Part shown: one piece after another, positions 7,437 to 16,735 of the stretch | Position numbering within the stretch: the first letter of the stretch is position 1 | How the letters are laid out: the number at the start of each line of letters is the position of its first letter | NCBI GenBank assembly: GCA_041739675.1 | Contig: JBGSNL010000077.1 | Span: 1 to 50,859, forward strand | Direction: 5' to 3' | DNA from: a bacterium | Lineage (GTDB): Bacteria; UBA10199; 2-02-FULL-44-16; DYJF01 | Length of the DNA: 50,859 nt | Notes under the pieces: model-generated | What the model was told of the DNA's origin: nothing | Database searches by the model: none | Seen by the model: only the letters and a program-made list of their open reading frames with translations | Made by a program: the position numbers and the translations under genes

Positions 7437-9899
7437 TTACGGAGAAGGTATCCTCACGCCCGAAGGCGGTATTTTTGCCGCCGCTGCCGGTGTCACCGCG
7501 GGCCCCATAATCACCTGCGGGAGCTGGAAGTGTGAGGCGTATAGATCCTCACTGAGAAGACCCGCGGCGGTGGCAACCATCTGTTGCCATACAGCGATCG
7601 CGTCGCCTGAAGAATTGCCGTCAACAACCACAAAACGGAACATTGCAGAGGTTATGCTGGCCATTTCATCCAGCGCATCACCCCATCCCGTGCCTGCGAG
7701 AAATCTTGCCGCATAGATATAAGATTTCGGGGGTGTTCCTTCAGTGGGTTTTGTGATCCAGACAAGGGCTGCGTTTTCTTCCCCATCCATCGTGGCGTAA
7801 ATGGGCATATTCTGATCTGCGAACAAGGTTGCAGATATTTTCGCCTCACCGACGCAGGTGTTTGCCCGTAAATCGCATATGTTGGCACAAGCGCCAAGAT
7901 GATCGATCTCCGCCCCTTGCAGCCACGCGATGACCGCTTTTCCGTTTTCATTGATCGCAATGTTGGGAGCGACGGCGGTTTCGGTATCTGAGAGCTCAAT
8001 CCGCGGAACTTCCATCCACGGAACACCGCCTGCAGTGTTCCATTTTTTTGCTTTAACATCTGAGATGCGTCCCGAGCTGTCCGACTCGTTCCACGCCACC
8101 AGGATATCGCCAGCCGCATTGATCGCCGCTCGAGGTCTGGCGATCCTTATCACTTCGGCTGCCAAAGCATTGTCAAGATATCCAGGCGTCGTCCAACTTG
8201 AAGAAACTTTTCTATAAACGCTATCCCCGACATGAACATCGTTCGTGACAGAGGCTAAGAAATCGGAACTGCGCCAGATGACAACCGCATCTCCAGCTCC
8301 GTTTACAGCGACCTGAAGACTGTCGGCCTCGCGCTCTACGAGAGAATTGTTGAGAATTTTTTCACTCGGCGGCGCATCACCTTTTGTTCGCACTGCGTAA
8401 ACCATCATGCGGGACAGAGCGTCATTTTTCCTCATCCACGCAATCGTTGCGGTGCCCTCATCGTCCAAGCCTACGTCCAGATCCTCCACCATATAGTTGT
8501 CATAATACACGACAAACGGATCGGCATCGGCGCGACCGGTTTTTATATCGAACCACTGTGCATGAATCTTCCATTTTCTTTCATCAAGCAAAAATTCACG
8601 CCAGACAACCACTGCTTTGTCGTTGCCGTTTACAGCCACTCGCGGATAGGATATCCGTCCAAGGCCAAGGATTTTCGCGTCAGTTACCCTTTTCCAATCG
8701 GTTCCCGCTTTGTAAATCTTCATGAAAATTCTGCCCACATCGGGGGAGCCTGCGTCGGACTGCCACCACGCAACTACGGCGTTTCCTTTTTTATCCATTG
8801 CCACGTCAGGCATATCGGCGTACGTCGATTCGAATTCCACAGGGAACGGCTCGCCCCACGTCCAGTCAACCGTCGTGAACAGCCAGCTGAAATCGGATGC
8901 CAGCGCCACATCATCCATGCTCCTTGCAGCAGTCGTGATCGTGGCGTTGTACGTCGTGTGAGGATCGAGTTTTACAGAAGGCGCGAACTTCACCGCAGAA
9001 CCGCTTGGGCTCACCGTACCTGCGACCGGAATGTCGTTCTTTTTCAGTGTGAATGCGGACGTCACAGACGTCGGCTCCATCGGCATGTCAAACGTCGCTT
9101 CAAGAGTTTTAAACATTGAAACATTGCGTTCGTTGACTCTGGGATTTGTGGAGACAACAACCGGCGGCCCCGGAGGTGCCGTGAAGCCGGCGGTCACGTC
9201 CTTGCTTGCGTCCATCACGATCGGACATTCACGCGACGTCGTCCCATAGCTTGCGCAAGCACCACCCCACCCGTCAAATGTTCCATCGCCGGCATCCGCC
9301 ACCAAAGTAATTGAAACGGGCGCGTCTGCCGGTGAAAACGTTCTCACGCATTCGGAACCGCCCGCGATACAAGTCGCCCCGTCGATCATGACTTTGCCGG
9401 GGCCGGTGACCGTGACCTGCAGGTACTTCATCGGTTCAAAAACGGCCGTCACCGTGTGATGCACGTTCATTACCAGGGTGCACTCTGCTGCGCTGCCGGT
9501 GCAGTCGCCTTCCCATCTTGCAAAGCCGAATCCTCCGTCATTTATCGTTTGCAGCGTTACGGGTACGTCTGCCGCAAAAGACTGCGAAAGATCGACCGCG
9601 GTGTATATTGCGCCGTCGGCGGATTTCACAAGCCCCATACCGGTTATGTGAATATCCAGTCTGTATGTCACGGGTGTCGGTGTAGTCGGCGGTATGACAG
9701 GCGGTGTTGGAGTCGGTGTTGGCGAAACAACCGGCGCCGCCGGAGTCGTTGCGGGCTGACCGAAGGTCGTCCCCTCGGCTGGCATCTGGATTGTGCCCCC
9801 GCTTTTGAGCCCTCCCTGGCAACCACACAGTGATGCCAAGGCCACAGAAGTCACAACGATTGCGACTCCCATCTTCAACCACGCCCATTTTGTCTTCAT
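7437..9899 (-). CDS. Surface lipoprotein: Pro/Thr linker, 2 divergent InlB-B-like repeats, Big_5-like Ig domain, 8-bladed beta-propeller
   Basis: LCG-C lipobox; F..W.G.C....C...M......VTA.F repeats; VVSTNP...ATF..PM...SV..AF; eight P.VA.D..G.A...W blades; GGAGG RBS. Confidence 0.8.
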   Translation of the reverse strand: MKTKWAWLKMGVAIVVTSVALASLCGCQGGLKSGGTIQMPAEGTTFGQPATTPAAPVVSPTPTPTPPVIPPTTPTPVTYRLDIHITGMGLVKSADGAIYTAVDLSQSFAADVPVTLQTINDGGFGFARWEGDCTGSAAECTLVMNVHHTVTAVFEPMKYLQVTVTGPGKVMIDGATCIAGGSECVRTFSPADAPVSITLVADAGDGTFDGWGGACASYGTTSRECPIVMDASKDVTAGFTAPPGPPVVVSTNPRVNERNVSMFKTLEATFDMPMEPTSVTSAFTLKKNDIPVAGTVSPSGSAVKFAPSVKLDPHTTYNATITTAARSMDDVALASDFSWLFTTVDWTWGEPFPVEFESTYADMPDVAMDKKGNAVVAWWQSDAGSPDVGRIFMKIYKAGTDWKRVTDAKILGLGRISYPRVAVNGNDKAVVVWREFLLDERKWKIHAQWFDIKTGRADADPFVVYYDNYMVEDLDVGLDDEGTATIAWMRKNDALSRMMVYAVRTKGDAPPSEKILNNSLVEREADSLQVAVNGAGDAVVIWRSSDFLASVTNDVHVGDSVYRKVSSSWTTPGYLDNALAAEVIRIARPRAAINAAGDILVAWNESDSSGRISDVKAKKWNTAGGVPWMEVPRIELSDTETAVAPNIAINENGKAVIAWLQGAEIDHLGACANICDLRANTCVGEAKISATLFADQNMPIYATMDGEENAALVWITKPTEGTPPKSYIYAARFLAGTGWGDALDEMASITSAMFRFVVVDGNSSGDAIAVWQQMVATAAGLLSEDLYASHFQLPQVIMGPAVTPAAAAKIPPSGVRIPSP
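7501..7530. repeat. Exact 30-nt repeat in the C-terminal tails of the paralogues (copy 2 at 9989-10018)
   Basis: GGCCCCATAATCACCTGCGGGAGCTGGAAG occurs at both positions. Confidence 0.9.
8856..9092. repeat. Near-identical DNA block shared by the two paralogues (copy 1; copy 2 at about 11314-11550)
   Basis: Exact 41-nt match 8856-8896 = 11314-11354 and exact 32-nt match 8986-9017 = 11444-11475, within a collinear Ig-domain block. Confidence 0.9.
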
Positions 9900-9930
9900 A
9901 ATAAAACCTCCTTCACCCCTTTTTTACGAT

Positions 9931-12900
9931 CTAGAAAGAAGGAATTCTCACACCTGATGCCGGTATTTTCGCCGCCGGTGTCACCACCGGCCCCATAATC
10001 ACCTGCGGGAGCTGGAAGCGGGAAGTGATCACATCATAGACACTGGTGCCGATGACCCTTTGCGACCAAACCGCAATCCCGTCTCCGACAGCACTACCCG
10101 AAACGCGCAATCCATTGAAGCTGTCCGATAATGATGCACTTGCGATCTCTTGCGCTTCGGCGCTCCAGCCCTTGCCTACCAGATATCTTTTTGCAAAAAT
10201 CTTTTCCTGGCCTTCAGCAATGTAATGCTGCAACCAGACAACAGCACCATTTCCGCTTTCATCCGAAATGACATAGGGGAAGTCGGCGCCATGGTCAGCC
10301 ACGCCGATGTTTACGGCCTCACCAAAGCTGCGAGACACGCTGTCATACCGATTCGCATAGATGGTCGCATGAACCATGTCCCCCGGAGGACCTTGCACCC
10401 ATGCAATGATGACATTTCCACTTATGTCGGCCGCCATTCTTGGTACCATTGCGGATTCACTCGTAGCGCTTTCAATCGTCCGTTCCTCCCGCCATTCTGA
10501 AGAACCGGCAACTTTGCGCTTGGCCTTGATGTGATAAACGTAGCTTTCCGCCTGATGCCATGCGACCATGATATTTCCCGCCTGATCGATGACCGCACTG
10601 GGATAAGAAGCAGGGCTGCTCGTGTCAAGATAGCCGGGCTCCGCCCACCTTGAATAAGACTTCGTATAATAGTTGCATCCGATTCGGGATACGGTTGCGG
10701 GTCCGGTTCCGTTTTGACCACGCCAGACGACAATCGCATCTCCCGCACGGTTCACTTCAACCTGAAGACTGTCGGCTTGCTCCACAAACAGAGATCCGTT
10801 CAAAAGCCTCGCAGACAGAGGAGGAACAGGAGCCGTGGCGGCCGTCCGAACTGCAGACACATCCTTACGCCCATCAGGCCGCGTCCTTATCCACGAAATG
10901 GTAGCGGTTCCTTCATCATCCAACCCAAGATCCATGTCTTTCACTTCCCAGACACCGTCGTAGATTTTGGCAGGTTCCGCGTCGGCGCGGCCGGTCTTCA
11001 TATCGAACCGCTCCGCATAGATTCTCCACTTTCCTTCAGCACTTGAATACTCCCGCCAGACGACGACCGCCTTAGGTGCAATGTCGTTGTCATTGACCGC
11101 CACTCGCGGGTTATATACATTTCCATGGGCAAACAGTATTTTGCTGGATGTTCTTTCCCAAACCGTTCCCGACTTATATATTTTCAGGTAGATAGCGCCT
11201 TCGCTCACTCCATATGCCTGCCTCCAGACAACAGCGGCATTTCCTTTCTTATCCATCGCAACGTCGGGCATATCTGCATAGGTCGAATCGAATTCCGCGG
11301 GGAACGTCTTGCTCCACGTCCAGTCAACCGTCGTGAACAGCCAGCTGAAATCGGCCGCAAGCGCCACGCCGTCAACGTTTTTCGCTGCGGTCGTGATCGT
11401 AGCATTGTAGGTCGTGTGCGGATCGAGTTTTACAGAAGGTGCAAACTTCACCGCAGAACCGCTTGGGCTCACCGTGCCTGCGACCGGAACGTCGTTCTTT
11501 TTCAGTGAGAACGCGGACGTCACAGATGTCGGCTCCATCGGCATGTTAAAAACCGCTTCCAGCGTTTTATACAAAGAAACACCGACCTCATTGTTTGCAG
11601 GAGATGTCGATACAACGGTGGGAGCCGCTGGAGCCACCGGTGCCGCCACGCTGAAGTTGATTGTCAGGGATCCGTCAACGTCCAGCGTTGGTATTTCGCA
11701 TGACGAGGCCGAACAAGTGAACGGCATTGTGAAATACAAGAATGTGGCTTCACAATCACTGCCCGCATTTGCAGTTATGCGTATTGAAGAACCGCGCCCA
11801 ACTGAAAAAGCGCAGCTTGCCGCAACAGGACCGCTGACGATTGTGCAGTCGGGACCGGGCGGGTCAGCCGTAACGCTGACATCGTGAGGACACGTGTTGT
11901 GTATCCGAGCCCTCAGGGTAGTGAGCGGCGACAACTCAAAAACAGCCGTAACGGAATGGTTCCCATCCATGACGAGATTGCAGTCCGCGCTGCCGCTGCA
12001 ATCGCCTTCCCATCGTGCAAATATGTACGAGATGCGGCCCGCTGCCTGCAATGTGACAGTTGCGCCGTCGGCAACAGTTAGCGGTAGATCCACTGCCGTG
12101 TTTATACCGCCCTCGACATATGTAACGATACCGTCGCCACCGGTTAAGTGGATATCAAGGGTATGAGTGACCGGTATCGGTTCGAAACGCGCCGTCACCG
12201 TATGATCTCTATCCATAACAAGGATGCAAGGCAAAGGGGCGACGTCAGTGCAATCATCCTGCCATCCGAAAAAGTTGAAACCTGCGGCCGCGGTCGCCTC
12301 CAATGCGACGGTGTGGCCCTCCGTCACAGAGAATGATGGGCCGCCCGTAGTGGTGTCTATTGAGCCGTCACGCGATTTCACGGTTCCGCTGCCTATGAGG
12401 TTAACATTCAAAATGCGGGAGCCGGGTATGGGGGTGAAACGGGCCTTCACGGTGTGATCCAGATTCATCACAATTGCGCAAGCGCCCGCCCCCGTGCATG
12501 GGCCCTCCCATGTGTCGAAATTGAAGCCGGAAGCCGGCGTTGCCTGCAACGTTACGGTCGCTCCCTCGGCAAAGGGGTGCGAAATATCCACGGTCGTGTC
12601 TATCGAACCGTCGGCGGTTCTCACCGTTCCGCCGCCGCCGATTAGGACGGTAAGGGTACGAAAACCGGGCGCGGCCTCAAAATGCGCTTCGACCTTACGA
12701 TCTTGATTCATGATAAGAGCGCAGCCGGAACTGCCCGTGCAGTCGCCCGCCCACTCCTTGAAACGTGAACCGGAGGCTGGTGTGGCGCTGAGCGAAACAG
12801 CCGCACCCTTGGCAAATGGAGTTTGGATATCGGCTGTCGTGTTCACGGAACCGTCGCCTGATTTCACCGTTCCGGCGCCGATTATGTCCACGGTCAGAAC

Positions 12901-13092
12901 ATAGGTATCAGGTGGTTTTATCGTCTCAGGCTGGCCGAAGACGGTCCCCTCGACAACCGGCTCTTGCACTTCAGCCGGCATCTGGATCTCGCCGCCGCTT
13001 TTGCCCCCCGAACAACCGTAGACCGCCGCAAAGGCCAGCGAAGTCACGACGATCGCGACGCCCACCTTCAACCATGCCCATTTTGTTTTCAT
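9931..13092 (-). CDS. Paralogous surface lipoprotein: 4 InlB-B-like repeats plus one degenerate Cys-rich module, Ig domain, 8-bladed beta-propeller
   Basis: Same architecture and leader (MKTKWAWLK) as 7437-9899; VYG-C lipobox. Start moved to 13092, after GGAGG. Confidence 0.8.
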   Translation of the reverse strand: MKTKWAWLKVGVAIVVTSLAFAAVYGCSGGKSGGEIQMPAEVQEPVVEGTVFGQPETIKPPDTYVLTVDIIGAGTVKSGDGSVNTTADIQTPFAKGAAVSLSATPASGSRFKEWAGDCTGSSGCALIMNQDRKVEAHFEAAPGFRTLTVLIGGGGTVRTADGSIDTTVDISHPFAEGATVTLQATPASGFNFDTWEGPCTGAGACAIVMNLDHTVKARFTPIPGSRILNVNLIGSGTVKSRDGSIDTTTGGPSFSVTEGHTVALEATAAAGFNFFGWQDDCTDVAPLPCILVMDRDHTVTARFEPIPVTHTLDIHLTGGDGIVTYVEGGINTAVDLPLTVADGATVTLQAAGRISYIFARWEGDCSGSADCNLVMDGNHSVTAVFELSPLTTLRARIHNTCPHDVSVTADPPGPDCTIVSGPVAASCAFSVGRGSSIRITANAGSDCEATFLYFTMPFTCSASSCEIPTLDVDGSLTINFSVAAPVAPAAPTVVSTSPANNEVGVSLYKTLEAVFNMPMEPTSVTSAFSLKKNDVPVAGTVSPSGSAVKFAPSVKLDPHTTYNATITTAAKNVDGVALAADFSWLFTTVDWTWSKTFPAEFDSTYADMPDVAMDKKGNAAVVWRQAYGVSEGAIYLKIYKSGTVWERTSSKILFAHGNVYNPRVAVNDNDIAPKAVVVWREYSSAEGKWRIYAERFDMKTGRADAEPAKIYDGVWEVKDMDLGLDDEGTATISWIRTRPDGRKDVSAVRTAATAPVPPLSARLLNGSLFVEQADSLQVEVNRAGDAIVVWRGQNGTGPATVSRIGCNYYTKSYSRWAEPGYLDTSSPASYPSAVIDQAGNIMVAWHQAESYVYHIKAKRKVAGSSEWREERTIESATSESAMVPRMAADISGNVIIAWVQGPPGDMVHATIYANRYDSVSRSFGEAVNIGVADHGADFPYVISDESGNGAVVWLQHYIAEGQEKIFAKRYLVGKGWSAEAQEIASASLSDSFNGLRVSGSAVGDGIAVWSQRVIGTSVYDVITSRFQLPQVIMGPVVTPAAKIPASGVRIPSF

Positions 13093-13122
13093 AACGACCT
13101 CCTTAACCTTCGTTTTGTCCAC

Positions 13123-14559
13123 CTACTCAGAGGGGATGAAAATCTCTACCGGTGAAGCACTATTACCCGAATCCCCTCTTCCCAATTGACCCAAATTATT
13201 CTGACCCCAACAATATAGTTTTCCGCCATTCATGATGCCGCAAGTGTGCATTTCACCTGCTGAAACGTATTTCCAAACGCCTCCTCCTGATACCTCAATG
13301 GGTTTGACTTCTACTGGAGTGGAAGACCCGATACCAAGCTTTCCATTGGCATTGGAGCCCCAGCACCAAAGTGCATTGTTATCTTTTTTTATAGCACAAT
13401 TGTGATTTGCGCCAGCGGAAATGTATTTCCACTGCGTCGTACCATAAGTTACTCCTCCAGGACCTTCCACGAGCGGATCAGATACTAAATACACCTGCTG
13501 TTCAACTGGAGTGCTTCTATCGGAATGAGTACCGTTTCCAAGCTGCCCGTTCAAGTTATACCCGAAACACCAGACAAAGTTATCCATGGTCAATACACAA
13601 GTATGATATTCTCCGATTGATAGATCGCGGCTCTTTCTTTCAAAAGAAGGTGGCTCAAGAGGGATTGCTGTAGGGGCTGTAGCTGCTCCTATTTTACTGT
13701 GATCGTTTGAGCCCCAGCAATTGAGTGAATTGTCATCACTTATACCGCAGGTGTGATTTCTGCCCGCATCGACGATCAGCCATTTAAAACCCACTGGAAC
13801 CAGAGTAGGTGTCCGCTTGATGCCGACCGGTGCACTGCCCAGTTGGAAAGAATCGTTATTACCCCAACAGTAGAGCTGATCTTCAGAATTTATGGCGCAC
13901 GTGTACCCTTCTCCGGAGCTGACATATTTCCAGTTCGATTCCATAATGATAGGGATTGGCTCAGGCGAAAAGACAGAGGTTCCTGTCCCCAATTGTCCGT
14001 AACGATTCGATCCCCAACAATAGATCTTTTGCTCACTGGTCAGACCGCATGTGTGATCCAATCCCGTTGAAACTTGTAACCATTTTTTATCGGCGCCCAC
14101 CTTGACCGGCGCAAAACTGTTGGTGCGTGTGCCGTCTCCGAGTTGATATAAGTTATTTGAGCCCCAACAATAGAGATCGCGTCTATTCGTAATTGCGCAT
14201 GTATGATTGAATTTGGAGGAGATTACCTTCCAACCAGGCGTGGTCGAAATCGACAGATCTGCTTCTCTCGCCATCTCCGACATTGATCTTATCGTTCCGC
14301 TGCCGGTACCGGTTTCAACCGTGCTCTCCCTTGTGAGACTCACCACTCCGCCTCCCTCAGCGGTGCCACTTGTACCTATTCTGGGACCGGTGAGACTTCC
14401 GCTGCCAGATCCCAAATCTTCAGTCTCGGTCTGAGTCTGCTCTTCAAGATTCGTGTCATCCTTAGGCCCCTGATAAAATCCGCCTCCACCTCCGGCACAA
14501 GCTGCAATGAAAAGAAGCATCAAGGGCAGGACGCAAAGTGACAATTTTGCAATCTTCAT
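13123..14559 (-). CDS. RCC1/BLIP-II repeat beta-propeller lipoprotein
   Basis: FIAA-C lipobox; Gly/Ser/Thr linker; seven W..VS.G..HTC.I......CWG.N..GQLG repeats. Start MKIAK at 14559 follows GGAGAGG. Confidence 0.9.
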   Translation of the reverse strand: MKIAKLSLCVLPLMLLFIAACAGGGGGFYQGPKDDTNLEEQTQTETEDLGSGSGSLTGPRIGTSGTAEGGGVVSLTRESTVETGTGSGTIRSMSEMAREADLSISTTPGWKVISSKFNHTCAITNRRDLYCWGSNNLYQLGDGTRTNSFAPVKVGADKKWLQVSTGLDHTCGLTSEQKIYCWGSNRYGQLGTGTSVFSPEPIPIIMESNWKYVSSGEGYTCAINSEDQLYCWGNNDSFQLGSAPVGIKRTPTLVPVGFKWLIVDAGRNHTCGISDDNSLNCWGSNDHSKIGAATAPTAIPLEPPSFERKSRDLSIGEYHTCVLTMDNFVWCFGYNLNGQLGNGTHSDRSTPVEQQVYLVSDPLVEGPGGVTYGTTQWKYISAGANHNCAIKKDNNALWCWGSNANGKLGIGSSTPVEVKPIEVSGGGVWKYVSAGEMHTCGIMNGGKLYCWGQNNLGQLGRGDSGNSASPVEIFIPSE

Positions 14560-14592
14560 AAGCACCTCTCCTGATTCTGGTACTTACCCCTA

Positions 14593-14675
14593 ATATCGGC
14601 AAACCCTAAAATCTGCAAATCCTGAGCCATGCTAAGAAGCCTGATATTCCAAGGAGTTGAGGGCGCATTATACCA
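14593..14675 (-). promoter_or_regulatory. Candidate promoters of the lipoprotein array
   Basis: Minus strand has an extended -10 TGGTATAAT (14675-14667) and a sigma28-like -10 GCCGATAT (14600-14593) without a clear -35. Confidence 0.45.
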
Positions 14676-14784
14676 GAATCCATTGAATTATCTAGCTTTT
14701 ATGACAGGCGGCCGGAAGTATAGATAAAACCTGCATTCCCGAATTGATAACCTTTGACCCTAGCACGGCGGATTTTTGACGTGC

Positions 14785-15546
14785 CTACTTGAGGAAGACC
14801 GCGAGACCGTTGGTGATGTAGGAGAAGCCTTCGATGGAGAGTTCGAATTTTTTGAACCTGGCGTAAATCTGAGTGGACGCGCCACCGTCGAAGGCCATCG
14901 CATTGGGACACTCAAGCCCGCCTTCGAAGCTCGTTTTTTTCATGCGATTCGCAAGCTCTTTGAGAGATATGGGCGAACCGTCCGTTACCGCGATAATGAC
15001 CTTGCCGCCTTTTGTGATGCCGACAGCGCTCCTTGCCGCGAGACCGTCTTTGAGTTTTGGAATGACGCCGTCCACAACAAGACGCGGCCCAACCTGAATT
15101 GCCATGCTGATATCGGGCGAAGGCTGAAACTCCTTTGGCGTAGTGATAAAGGGTACTCCCGCCTTCAAACCGAATATCGACCACCACGAAGTCTTGTGTA
15201 TCGGATTTATTGTCTTTCCCGACTGGATGAGAAGACCTATCGATTTATGCTCAGTTGTGAAAAATCCGCCGTTGACCACAAGTGCCGCTTTTTTCCGCGC
15301 AGCAAGATCGTTCACCGTGGTGCCCTCGGGATTCTTCTTCGAATCAGCGGTTACGACATCCAGACGCACTTTTGCGGGATCGATCTGAAACGCGTGGATC
15401 GTCGTGCGCAACTGCTCGCCGGTCTGGAAGGAATAATTTGTATAGACAATACCATCGGATAAAAGCCGCCACAGATACGCGGCCTTGGGAGATGCAAACG
15501 CGTTGCATGAGAAGAATAGTAAGATTATGGAAAAAAATTTCTTCAC
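14785..15546 (-). CDS. Phosphodiester glycosidase (NAGPA) family exported protein
   Basis: Signal peptide; VNGGFF, GPRLV.DG, ARSAVG and AMAFDGGAST motifs. Probable GTG start at 15546. Confidence 0.85.
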   Translation of the reverse strand: MKKFFSIILLFFSCNAFASPKAAYLWRLLSDGIVYTNYSFQTGEQLRTTIHAFQIDPAKVRLDVVTADSKKNPEGTTVNDLAARKKAALVVNGGFFTTEHKSIGLLIQSGKTINPIHKTSWWSIFGLKAGVPFITTPKEFQPSPDISMAIQVGPRLVVDGVIPKLKDGLAARSAVGITKGGKVIIAVTDGSPISLKELANRMKKTSFEGGLECPNAMAFDGGASTQIYARFKKFELSIEGFSYITNGLAVFLK

Positions 15547-15550
15547 GGTC

Positions 15551-16645
15551 TTATCTTCCCCATATATCCACAACCGTTCCCTCTTTCAATTGTTTGTTGC
15601 CCTTGACGATAACCAGATCTCTTTCAACCAGACCCTCTATTATTTCCGCATAATCGTTTTTTATCTCGCGCACGACCACCGGAACCTTGTGCGCCAGGCC
15701 GTTGGCGACCGTGAAGACATAGTGGCGGCGGTTGTCGGTGATGACCGCCTCGGCGGGCACGCTGAAATATTTTTGCGTCTCCGCCCCCGCAAACTCCACC
15801 TGCGCGCCCATTCCCACCTTGTATGCACCTGCGGGATTTGCGATTTGCGCCACGACGTCAAAACGGCCGGTGTCAGGATTTATCGATGTGCCGACCGATG
15901 CAACAGTGGCCGTGACCGACTCGCCAGGAAGCTCCCGGAAACGGACGGTCACGGGCATCCCGGCGCGCACCGTCTTCGCTTCATATGGTGCCAGCGCGAA
16001 GACGACATATATCGGATCGACCCTTGTGATGACAAAGAGCGGCTGCTTTTCAGGAATGACAAGCCCGGGCGCTGCGCTTTTCGACTGCACGATCCCGGCA
16101 ATCGGGCTCGTCACCGTCAAATTACCTATTTGCGCTTCCGTTTGAGTTATCTGTGTGCGCAGCTTTTCGGCGGTGTTCTCGGCGGTGGTCACTTCCGCAT
16201 CGAGATTATCGTACTGGGTGCGATCTATCCTTCCTTCTTCCAGAAGACGGTCCCTGTTGCGCAGGAAATACTGGCTTCTCTCAAGATTCGAGAGAACCTC
16301 GCGCAGCTCCGCGCGAAGCGAGGCAAGACGCAGGTTGATATCCTCGTCGGAGAGTTTGCAAAGAACCGTGCCCGCTTTCACCGGTTCGCCACCGTTCACA
16401 AAAACCCTTTCAACATGAGCTTCAAAAGGAAGGCGGACCTCGACCTGCTCGCTTGGCTGCAATGTTGCCGGCGTGACAATATAACCCTGCCGCTCCTGTA
16501 CTGCCACCTGCTCCACCGCCACCGGAACGGCGTTCCCCCCGACACCCACTTTGAAAAACCGGCCGAGCCACGCCCTCTGATCCTCGGTGCATGAAGAAGT
16601 CAGCGCGACAAGAAATATCAAAGCGACAAGACGCGATAGTTTCAT
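15551..16645 (-). CDS. Efflux RND-type periplasmic adaptor (membrane fusion protein), lipoprotein
   Basis: LTSS-C lipobox; lipoyl halves V..G..VKAG..L and SPIAGIV around an alpha-hairpin; SVPAEAV; EIIEGL...D.V. Start may be 16645 or 16657. Confidence 0.88.
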   Translation of the reverse strand: MKLSRLVALIFLVALTSSCTEDQRAWLGRFFKVGVGGNAVPVAVEQVAVQERQGYIVTPATLQPSEQVEVRLPFEAHVERVFVNGGEPVKAGTVLCKLSDEDINLRLASLRAELREVLSNLERSQYFLRNRDRLLEEGRIDRTQYDNLDAEVTTAENTAEKLRTQITQTEAQIGNLTVTSPIAGIVQSKSAAPGLVIPEKQPLFVITRVDPIYVVFALAPYEAKTVRAGMPVTVRFRELPGESVTATVASVGTSINPDTGRFDVVAQIANPAGAYKVGMGAQVEFAGAETQKYFSVPAEAVITDNRRHYVFTVANGLAHKVPVVVREIKNDYAEIIEGLVERDLVIVKGNKQLKEGTVVDIWGR

Positions 16646-16735
16646 ACGAACCCCCATAACCTACCGATTTGAAGGGAAATTTACATGCATTAGCTCTCAA
16701 AGAGCAATGTTTTTTTGATGCCTTATAACGCCCTA

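Noticed and set aside
8856..11550. Diversity-generating retroelement (TR/VR pair) in the paralogue repeats
   Set aside because: Mismatches are not adenine-specific on either strand, both copies are coding, and no reverse transcriptase is in the window.
14680..14784. c-di-GMP riboswitch or sRNA upstream of the lipoprotein array
   Set aside because: Only a chance ATGACAG-like word; I could not find the GEMM core (GGCAAA...GAAA...CGCAAAGC) on either strand.
14776..16594. 228-aa and 369-aa plus-strand ORFs
   Set aside because: Antisense to the NAGPA and MFP genes; expected from codon bias; no recognisable family.
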